Below are positions 1 to 7,369 of a stretch of 32,000 bases of DNA, in pieces. The position numbers were made by a program, and so were the translations under genes. This DNA is from Pseudomonas aeruginosa. Lineage in GTDB: Bacteria > Pseudomonadota > Gammaproteobacteria > Pseudomonadales > Pseudomonadaceae. The stretch is taken from NCBI RefSeq assembly GCF_001457615.1, contig NZ_LN831024.1:3240001-3272000 (forward strand), given 5' to 3'. Below the pieces are notes generated by a model, which saw nothing but the letters and a program-made list of their open reading frames with translations, was not told where the DNA came from and searched no databases. Position 1 is the stretch's first letter. Every line of letters starts with the position of its first letter.

Positions 1-162
1 AGGGGACTGGTTCTGCCGCTCCGGCCCGCCGACGAAAGGCGCAACGGCAGGGCTTGTTCCCAGCGGACATAAACTCATGGCGCAAAGGTCTAAGCCGTCC
101 CTGGAAAATCCCCCGGCTCGACGGACATCCGTGGACACACCGGAACAAGGGATGCCCCGACC

Positions 163-2805
163 ATGCACCGATCGCTCCACACCGACCCGCCGCTGGGCGC
201 CGCCCTGCTGCTGGCCCTGCAGCTCGCTCCCGGCAGCGCCGCCGCGGCGGAGGGACAGGCGCCTGTCGACCCGCCCACGGTCCAGTTGCAACGAATCGAG
301 GTGACCGGTAGCGCGATCCGCCGGGTCGATGCGGAAACCGCGGTGCCGATCAGCGTCCTGCGCGCCGAGGAGCTGCGCCAACAGGGCGTGACCAGCACCG
401 AGGAACTGATCGGCCGGCTTTCCGGCAACCAGGGCGTATACAACTCCAGTCGCTCGGTCGGCAGCGCCACCGGCGGCGCCTCGTTCGCCGACCTGCGCGG
501 GATCGGCGCGAACAAGACCCTGGTGCTGCTCAACGGCCGGCGCCTGGCGAACAATGCCATCGACGGCTCCGCCGTGGATCTCAACACCATTCCCTTCGCC
601 GCCATCGACCGGGTCGAGGTGCTGCGCGACGGCGCCTCCGCACTGTACGGCACCGATGCCATCGGCGGGGTGATCAACTTCATCACCCGCAAGAGCCTGA
701 ACGAAGGCCGCGTCGACAGCGGCTACGCCTCCCCCACCCACGACGGCGGCGGCAACCAGCGCAACGTCAGCGCTAGCTGGGGCTTCGGCGAGCTGGAGGA
801 GGATCGCTTCAATGTCTTCGCGGTGGCCAACTACGACAAGCAGGAACGCCTCGGCGCCAAGGACCGCGGCTACACCTACAACTACCAGCCGGGACGCGGC
901 CTCGACTACAGCTCCGGCACCGCCTTCCCCGGCAACTGGAGCCAGGGCGCCAACGCCAGCAATCCGCTGGCCGCCGGCGGTTGCAAGGGCGCCGACCTGA
1001 TCCCGCGCAACGGCATCTGCCGGCAGAGCCTGTGGCGCTACCTCGACCTGGTGCCGGAAACCGAGAAGACCTCGGTGTTCAGCCGCGCCACCGGCAAGCT
1101 GGCCGACGAGCACAACGTCAGTCTGGAGTACTTCTGGTCGCGCAACGACAACGCTACCCAGGTCGGCCCAGGGACCCTCACCGGCCTGCAGATCGATCCC
1201 GGCACCGCCTTCTATCCCGGCAACGGCATCACTCCCGGTCCCGGCGGCTTCGTCCTCGACCCGAGCCGGCCGGTGGAGGTCAACTGGCGGCAGAGCGTGC
1301 TCGGGCCGCGCCTGCAATCCTCGCAGAACACCGGCCAGCGCCTGCTGCTCGGCTTCGACGGCCAGTTCGCCGGCTGGGACTACGATATCGGCGCCTCGTA
1401 CAACCAGAACAAGGTGGTCGACCATATCCACAGCGGCTACGTCGACGATCGCGCCGCCGCCCTCGGCATCGCCAACGGGACGCTGAACCCGTTCGGGCCG
1501 CAGACCGACGCCGGCCTCGCCTACCTCGGCAGCCATGCCCTGAGCGGCGACTTCCGTACCTCGGTCGGCCGCGTCAAGGGCCTGGACGCCCGCGCCAGCC
1601 GGGAGATCGGCGACTGGTTCGGCGCCGGGCCGGCGGCCCTGGCGCTGGGCGGCGAGTTCCGCAAGGAAGCGTTCCACCAGGACATCCAGGACTTCGCCGG
1701 CAACGTGCAGAGCCTCGGCGTCGATCCCGCCGCCACGGTCAGCGGCGAGCGCAACCTGAAGGCGCAGTACGCCGAACTCAACGTGCCGGTGCTGGACAGC
1801 CTGGAACTCAGCGCGGCGATCCGCCACGACAAGTACAGCGACTTCGGCAGCACCAGCAACCCGAAATATTCGTTCCGCTTCCAGCCGTTCCGCCAGTTGG
1901 TCCTGCGCGGCGCCTACAGCGAAGGTTTCCGTGCGCCGTCGCTGTACGAACTGTACAACCCGACCTTCACCACCTATACCAGCGCCAACTACGACGACCC
2001 GCGCCTGTGCGCCGGCGGCCAGCCGAGCCAGGGCGGCATCGCCAACCGCGACTGCGCCCAGCAGTTCTACAACGCCACCGGCGGCAATACCGACCTGCGA
2101 CCGGAAACCGCGCGCAACGTTACCCTGGGCCTGGTCTACCAGCCGCTGCGCGACCTTTCCGTCGGCCTGGACTTCTGGTGGATCAGGATCGCCAACCAGA
2201 TCGCCGAGTTTCCCGAAGCGGCGATCTTCGCCGACCCGCAGGCCTACGCCGGACGCATCGTGCGCAAGGCCGACGGCTCGATCGATCACGTCGTCACCGG
2301 ACTGGCCAACCTCGGCAAGGTAAAGACCAGCGGCGTCGACCTGAGCCTCGATTATCGTTTCCCGGCCAGCCGCTACGGGCAGTTCGGGCTCGACCTGCAA
2401 GGCACCTACGTGTCCCGCTACGACTTCCAGCAGCAGATCGGCGGCCAGTACCTGGACAACGTCGGCGACTTCCAGGGCGTCGGCGTGATCGCCCGCTGGA
2501 AGCACGTCGCCAACGCCACCTGGAGCCGCGACGCCTGGCAGGCCACCCTGAGCAACCGCTACACCAGCGGCTACAACGACTACAACCGCGCCAGCCACGG
2601 CAAGGTCGGCTCGTGGAACCTCTGGGACCTGGCCGGCAGCTACCGCCTCAGCCACGCGCTGGGGCTGACCCTCGGGGTGAAGAACCTGTTCGACCGCGAA
2701 CCGCCGTTCAGCAACCAGACCTACACCTTCCAGAGCGGCTACGACCCGCGCTACACCGATCCCTACGGGCGCATCCTGTTCGGCCGCCTCAGCTACAGCT
2801 TCTGA
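163..2805 (+). CDS. TonB-dependent outer-membrane receptor, no N-terminal STN domain (PA2070-like)
   Basis: 880 aa ORF with signal-like N-terminus, plug motifs (VQLQRIEVTGSAIRR, LNGRRLANNAIDG, VEVLRDGASALYGTDAIGGVINFIT) and C-terminal beta-strand ending in aromatic F (ILFGRLSYSF). Confidence 0.93.
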   Translation: MHRSLHTDPPLGAALLLALQLAPGSAAAAEGQAPVDPPTVQLQRIEVTGSAIRRVDAETAVPISVLRAEELRQQGVTSTEELIGRLSGNQGVYNSSRSVGSATGGASFADLRGIGANKTLVLLNGRRLANNAIDGSAVDLNTIPFAAIDRVEVLRDGASALYGTDAIGGVINFITRKSLNEGRVDSGYASPTHDGGGNQRNVSASWGFGELEEDRFNVFAVANYDKQERLGAKDRGYTYNYQPGRGLDYSSGTAFPGNWSQGANASNPLAAGGCKGADLIPRNGICRQSLWRYLDLVPETEKTSVFSRATGKLADEHNVSLEYFWSRNDNATQVGPGTLTGLQIDPGTAFYPGNGITPGPGGFVLDPSRPVEVNWRQSVLGPRLQSSQNTGQRLLLGFDGQFAGWDYDIGASYNQNKVVDHIHSGYVDDRAAALGIANGTLNPFGPQTDAGLAYLGSHALSGDFRTSVGRVKGLDARASREIGDWFGAGPAALALGGEFRKEAFHQDIQDFAGNVQSLGVDPAATVSGERNLKAQYAELNVPVLDSLELSAAIRHDKYSDFGSTSNPKYSFRFQPFRQLVLRGAYSEGFRAPSLYELYNPTFTTYTSANYDDPRLCAGGQPSQGGIANRDCAQQFYNATGGNTDLRPETARNVTLGLVYQPLRDLSVGLDFWWIRIANQIAEFPEAAIFADPQAYAGRIVRKADGSIDHVVTGLANLGKVKTSGVDLSLDYRFPASRYGQFGLDLQGTYVSRYDFQQQIGGQYLDNVGDFQGVGVIARWKHVANATWSRDAWQATLSNRYTSGYNDYNRASHGKVGSWNLWDLAGSYRLSHALGLTLGVKNLFDREPPFSNQTYTFQSGYDPRYTDPYGRILFGRLSYSF

Positions 2806-2860
2806 TGCCGGCGCGGGCGCCCGGCCGGTATGGCCGGCAAGCCCGTCGACGGCTGTCCAG

Positions 2861-2911
2861 CTACCAGATCCGGTAGCCCTGCCAGATTTCGCAGGCGACC
2901 AGATCTGGCAG
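2861..2911 (+). promoter_or_regulatory. Tandem las/rhl (lux-box-like) elements: CTACCAGATCCGGTAG (2861-2876), CTGCCAGATTTCGCAG (2879-2894), CGACCAGATCTGGCAG (2896-2911)
   Basis: Two exact CT-N12-AG 16-mers with dyad symmetry plus a third near-match, at 17-18 bp pitch, 75-125 bp upstream of the carbamoyltransferase ATG. Confidence 0.65.
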
Positions 2912-2984
2912 GTTGTTGGGCTCCCGGTGCCATGCAACCTATTACGCCTCTCGCCCCCCACCCGTTCGCGCAAGAGGACACCGC

Positions 2985-4709
2985 ATGATCATTCTCGGGA
3001 TCACCAACAACGACCTGGCCGGCGCCTGCCTGGTGCGCGACGGCGGGATCGTCGCCGCCGCCAGCGAGGAGCGCTTCACCCGCCAGAAGGACCACAAGGC
3101 CTGGCCGAGCCGCTCCATCGACTATGTGCTCGGCGAGGCCGGCATCGACCTGGCCGACATCGACCGCATCGCCTACGGCTGGAACGCCGGGTTCGACGCC
3201 GGGCGGCACCTCGACCTCTATCTGGACCGGGTCCTCGAGGAAGCCCGCGAGCGTCCCGAGGGCCTGCCGCACCTGCGCAAGCGGATCGCCGACGAAATGG
3301 CCAACGACAAGGCCAAGCGCGGCGAATTCGATGCCTTCGTCCGCGCCAACGGCCTGCGCGGCAAGGTCGAGTACATCGACCATCACGAATGCCACGCCCT
3401 CGGCGCGTTCGTCTGCTCGCCGTTCGACGAGGCGCTGACCCTCACCTGCGACGGCCGCGGCGACTTCCAGTCGCTCACCGTCACCCACTACCGCGCCGAC
3501 GGCGGCGAGACGGTCCTGCAACGCGAGACCAGCGTCGACAGCCTGGGCTACTTCTACGGGCGCATCACCCGCCTGCTCGGCTTCAAGCCGAACCGCCACG
3601 AAGGCAAGATCACCGGCCTGGCGGCGTTCGGCGACGCGGAAAAGCTGCTGCCGCTGATGAACGACATGATCCGCCTGGAGAACGGCCGCCTGCGCGCCCG
3701 CTGCGGCGAACTGTACCTGCCCTCCTACGACGGCTACAGCGATCCGCTGCTGCAACGCTGCGCGGCGGAACGCCCGGCGGATGTCGCCGCTGCCGCGCAA
3801 CGGCACTCCGAAGACCTGCTGGTGGCCATCGCCCGGGAGCACGTGGCGCGCACCGGCTGCGCCAACCTGTGCCTGGCCGGCGGGGTGTTCGGCAACGTCA
3901 AGCTGAACCAGCGCCTGCGCGAGATCCCCGGGGTCCGCGATGTCTACGTGCTGCCCTGCATGGGCGACGGCGGCCTGGCCCTGGCCGCGGCGGTGGCGGT
4001 GGCCTATCGCGAGAACGGTACGCGCTTCCCGGCGCCGAGCATGGCCCTCGGGCCGGACGCGCGCAGCGCCGCGCAGAATGCCGAGCTGATCGCCAGCCAG
4101 TACCCGCAACTGGCCTACAGCCGGCCGGCCAACCTGATCGAGACGCTGGTCGAAGCGCTGCGGGAAAACCAGGTGCTGGGCATGTTCAAGGGCCGCATGG
4201 AGTTCGGCCCGCGCGCCTTGTGCAACCGCAGCATCGTCTACCATCCCGGCGATGCCAGCGCCAACGACTGGCTCAATCAGCGCATGGAACGCACCGAGTT
4301 CATGCCATTCGCCCCGGTCACCGCGGTAGAACACGCCGAGGCTTGCTACGTTGGCTGGCGTGAAGACCAGGTGGCGGCCGACTACATGACCATGACCTAC
4401 GATTGCCATGCGGATTTCCGCGCGCGCTGCCCGGCAGTGGTGCATGTCGACGGCACCGCCCGGCCGCAGATCATCCGGCCGCAGGCCGATCCGTTCATGC
4501 ACGCCCTGCTGCATGCCTGGCATGCCCGCAGCGGCCAGCCGGCGCTGATCAACACCTCCTTCAACCGCCACGAGGAACCGATCGTCTGCGCCCCGCAGGA
4601 CGCCCTCGGCGCGCTGGAGGACGGCATGGTCGACCTGGTGGTGCTGGGCGAGTCCCTGCTGGTCTGGCGCAAGGGCGAGAACGCCTTCGCCAGGGCGCGC
4701 TTCGAGTGA
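2985..4709 (+). CDS. Carbamoyltransferase, NodU/CmcH family (PA2069-like)
   Basis: ORF 2913..4709 trimmed to ATG 2985 (MIILGITNNDLAGACLVRDGGIVAAASEERFTRQK; preceding AAGAGG). C-terminal FKGRMEFGPRALCNRSIV...NQRMERTEFMPFAP is typical of the family. Confidence 0.93.
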   Translation: MIILGITNNDLAGACLVRDGGIVAAASEERFTRQKDHKAWPSRSIDYVLGEAGIDLADIDRIAYGWNAGFDAGRHLDLYLDRVLEEARERPEGLPHLRKRIADEMANDKAKRGEFDAFVRANGLRGKVEYIDHHECHALGAFVCSPFDEALTLTCDGRGDFQSLTVTHYRADGGETVLQRETSVDSLGYFYGRITRLLGFKPNRHEGKITGLAAFGDAEKLLPLMNDMIRLENGRLRARCGELYLPSYDGYSDPLLQRCAAERPADVAAAAQRHSEDLLVAIAREHVARTGCANLCLAGGVFGNVKLNQRLREIPGVRDVYVLPCMGDGGLALAAAVAVAYRENGTRFPAPSMALGPDARSAAQNAELIASQYPQLAYSRPANLIETLVEALRENQVLGMFKGRMEFGPRALCNRSIVYHPGDASANDWLNQRMERTEFMPFAPVTAVEHAEACYVGWREDQVAADYMTMTYDCHADFRARCPAVVHVDGTARPQIIRPQADPFMHALLHAWHARSGQPALINTSFNRHEEPIVCAPQDALGALEDGMVDLVVLGESLLVWRKGENAFARARFE

Positions 4710-4752
4710 GGCGCAAACCGCAGCGAACCGGCACGGCGACGCGGGAACCGGC

Positions 4753-5916
4753 ATGTACCTGATCTTTTCCGGCTACTTCGCCGCCGAGGGGCTGATCTAT
4801 CCGTTCTGGCCGACCTGGCTGGCCAGCCTGGGCTTCGGCGCCAGCCAGATCGGCCTGTTGATCGCCGCGGCCTACTGGCCGCAGGTGATCGCCGGGGTGG
4901 CGCTGACCTACGTGGCCGACTGGCGCATCGACCAGTTGCGCCTGGCGACCCTGCTGGCGGCCCTGGCCGGCGCCTGCGCCCTGCTGTTCCAGCTGGCCGA
5001 GGGCCTGCCCCTGTTCATCGCCCTGAGCGTGCTCTACGGCGCATTCTGGACCAGCGTGCTGCCGCTCACCGAATCCTACCTGCTCAAGCGCGACAAGGCC
5101 GCCCTGCAGAACTACGGGCGGGTACGCGCAGTCGGTTCGCTGGCCTTCATCCTCACCGCGACCCTGGGCGGCCTGCTGCTCGGTCGGTTCGGCCAGCAAC
5201 TGGTGCCCGCCCTGGTCGGCCTGACGATGCTGCTCACCGCGCTGGCCTGCCTGTTCCTCCGTCGCCGCAGCCTGCGCCGTCCGGACTCGCCGCTGCCGGG
5301 CGCCAGGCGCCGTCCCGACCTGCGCGGGATCCTCCGGCAACGCCCCCTGCTGCTGGCCATCGCCGCGGCGGGAATGATCCAACTGAGCCACTCGCTGTAC
5401 TTCACCACCGCCTCGCTGGGCTGGCAGGCGCTGGGCTACTCGTCGTTCTCGGTCGGCGCCTTCTGGGGCCTGGCGGTGATCGCCGAGATCAGCTTCTTCG
5501 CCGTCTCCAACCGCATCCTGGACCGCCACCCGGCGCTCCAGGTGATGCTCTTCTCCAGCCTTTGCGCGGCGCTGCGCTGGGGCCTGCTGGCCGGCAGCGA
5601 ACATCTCGCCGCGATCCTCCTCGGCCAGTGCCTGCACGCCCTCAGCTTCGCCGCCTACCACGCCGCGGTGATGCGCTACATCCGCGACCACGCGCCGGAA
5701 AGCGCGCGGGTACTGACCCAGGGAATCTACTACTCTCTGGCGGTAGCGCTGCCCATGGGCCTCGCCAGTCCGGCCGCCGGCTGGCTGTACGAAGGCCTGC
5801 CGCAGTGGTCCTATCTGATCATGGCGCTGTTCGCCCTCGGCGGCGCGGTCCTGGTCTGGCTTGCCCTACAGAGTGCCCGAGATGCATCGACTAGCGTTTT
5901 CAGCCGTTCTGTTTGA
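4753..5916 (+). CDS. MFS transporter, HcaT/nucleoside:H+ symporter-like (PA2068-like)
   Basis: 387 aa, multiple hydrophobic helices, N-terminal FSGYFAAEGLIYPFWPTWLASLGF; ATG 43 nt after the upstream stop. Confidence 0.88.
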   Translation: MYLIFSGYFAAEGLIYPFWPTWLASLGFGASQIGLLIAAAYWPQVIAGVALTYVADWRIDQLRLATLLAALAGACALLFQLAEGLPLFIALSVLYGAFWTSVLPLTESYLLKRDKAALQNYGRVRAVGSLAFILTATLGGLLLGRFGQQLVPALVGLTMLLTALACLFLRRRSLRRPDSPLPGARRRPDLRGILRQRPLLLAIAAAGMIQLSHSLYFTTASLGWQALGYSSFSVGAFWGLAVIAEISFFAVSNRILDRHPALQVMLFSSLCAALRWGLLAGSEHLAAILLGQCLHALSFAAYHAAVMRYIRDHAPESARVLTQGIYYSLAVALPMGLASPAAGWLYEGLPQWSYLIMALFALGGAVLVWLALQSARDASTSVFSRSV

Positions 5917-6586
5917 CATGGACGGCGTCCTGATCAGCTCCCGCGAAGCCATCGCCGCGGCCTGGAGCCGGGTCGCCGGCGAACAGGGCGTGGCGCTCGG
6001 CCCGGACTGCCTGCGCGACCACGTGCACGGTCGCCCGGGCGGCTACACCCTGGACTATCTGTTCGGCCACCTGCCGATGGAGCGCCGGCGGATCCTCAAG
6101 CAACGGGTCGATGCGCTGGAGGAAGGCGCCGACTGTCCCCTGCTGCCCGGCGTCGCCGCGGTGATCCGCCAGCTGCGTTGGCTGGACGTGCCCTTGGCGC
6201 TGGTCACCAGCAGTTGGCCGGCACGCATCGACCACGTGCTGCGCCAGCACGACCTGCAGGCGGCGTTCCGCACCCTGGTCAGCCGCGACGACGTGGTCCA
6301 CGGCAAGCCGGCTCCGGATGGCTATCGCCTGGCCGCGGCCAGGCTCGGCGTGGCACCGTCGCGCTGCCTGGTGTTCGAAGACTCCCTCAGCGGCGTGCAG
6401 GCCGCCTGTGCCGCCGGCGCGACCTGCGTGGCGATCGGCGAGGAGAGCGGCCTGCTCGCCGCCGGCGCGCGCTGGTCGGTCCGGGATTTCCGCGAGCTAC
6501 GGATCGTCCGCGAAGACGACCGGCTGTACTGCCAGCATCGGCACCCCGCCACGACCGGCAGCGAGAGGAGCGTTGGCGTCCCATGA
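5882..6586 (+). CDS. HAD-superfamily hydrolase, phosphoglycolate phosphatase/beta-phosphoglucomutase-like (PA2067-like)
   Basis: ORF 5861..6586 trimmed to ATG 5882 (MHRLAFSAVLFDMDGVLISS). HAD motifs DMDGV, LVTSSW, HGKPAPDGYRLAAARLGV, CLVFEDSLSGVQAA. Overlaps the end of the MFS gene. Confidence 0.88.
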   Translation: MHRLAFSAVLFDMDGVLISSREAIAAAWSRVAGEQGVALGPDCLRDHVHGRPGGYTLDYLFGHLPMERRRILKQRVDALEEGADCPLLPGVAAVIRQLRWLDVPLALVTSSWPARIDHVLRQHDLQAAFRTLVSRDDVVHGKPAPDGYRLAAARLGVAPSRCLVFEDSLSGVQAACAAGATCVAIGEESGLLAAGARWSVRDFRELRIVREDDRLYCQHRHPATTGSERSVGVP

Positions 6587-7221
6587 GCCCGACCCTGCAA
6601 GATGCCCGGCTGCTCTGGGACTTCCTCGGCCAGGGCCGCTGCCATGTGCCCTGCGAACTGCTGGTGGTATGCGGCTCCTACGACCTGCGGGTCTGCGACC
6701 ACGCCTGCGAGCTGCTCGAACGCGGCCTCGCCGAACGCCTGCTGTTCACCGGCAACACCGGGCACTGGACGCGCCATCTCTGGGTCGAGCCGGAAGCCGA
6801 GCTGTTCGCCCGCCACGCCAGGGCACGCGGGGTAAGCGACAGCCTCATCGTGATCGAGCCGCGGGCGACCAACTTCGCCGAGAACATCGCCTTCGCCCGC
6901 GAGCTGTTCCCCGACCTGCGCCGCGCGACCTTCGTCACCAAGCCCAACTCGATCCGCCGCGTGGCGCTGACCCTGCCGGTCCGCTGGCCGGGTCTGGAGG
7001 GACACGTGGATGCGCCCGACTACGCATTTCCCGACGGCATCTCGAACCTGGTCGGCGTACTCGGGGTGATCGACGAGATGGTCGGCGACCTTGACCGCAT
7101 CATGCGTTACCCGGCGCTGGGCTTCCAGGTCGCCTGCCCGATCCCGGCGCAGGTCATGGACGCCTGGGAACGCCTGGTGGCGCGCGGTTTCGACCGCCAC
7201 CTGGTGAACCCGCCGCGCTGA
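6583..7221 (+). CDS. DUF218/YdcF-SanA-like protein (PA2066-like)
   Basis: ORF 6178..7221 trimmed to ATG 6583, which overlaps the upstream TGA as ATGA. 212 aa with LLVVCGSYDLRVCDHACELLERGLAERLLFTGNTGHWT, EPRATNFAENIAFARELF, VTKPNSIRR. Confidence 0.8.
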   Translation: MSPTLQDARLLWDFLGQGRCHVPCELLVVCGSYDLRVCDHACELLERGLAERLLFTGNTGHWTRHLWVEPEAELFARHARARGVSDSLIVIEPRATNFAENIAFARELFPDLRRATFVTKPNSIRRVALTLPVRWPGLEGHVDAPDYAFPDGISNLVGVLGVIDEMVGDLDRIMRYPALGFQVACPIPAQVMDAWERLVARGFDRHLVNPPR

Positions 7222-7223
7222 GC

Positions 7224-7237
7224 TGACAGCACTGTAA
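7224..7237 (+). promoter_or_regulatory. Putative CopR/CusR-type operator TGACAGCACTGTAA
   Basis: Imperfect 6-2-6 inverted repeat TGACAG-CA-CTGTAA upstream of copA; resembles the TGACAnnnTGTnAT half-site organisation of CopR/CusR boxes. Confidence 0.5.
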
Positions 7238-7369
7238 TCTTCCCCACAGCTTGCCGACAGGCGCGCGCCGCTAGGGTGTCCGCATCGCCGCACCGCCCTG
7301 GCGGGGCCGCGACTTCCCGGCTGCGCAGGCTCGCGCAGTCCGTCCTGCCACCTGCGTGGAAACCAGCGG

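Noticed and set aside
1-72. Short open frame from the left edge (RGLVLPLRPADERRNGRACSQRT*) as the tail of an upstream gene
   Set aside because: Only 23 codons are visible, with no recognisable motif, so coding status cannot be supported.
981-2876. 631-aa plus-strand ORF overlapping the TonB receptor in another frame
   Set aside because: Composition is R/P/A/Q-rich shadow-frame sequence with no domain motifs, while the 163-2805 frame is clearly a receptor.
2793-4754. 653-aa minus-strand ORF antisense to the carbamoyltransferase
   Set aside because: The opposite strand has a clear family match; this frame is low-complexity (A/G/Q/R/H/V-rich) and typical of spurious antisense ORFs in high-GC DNA.
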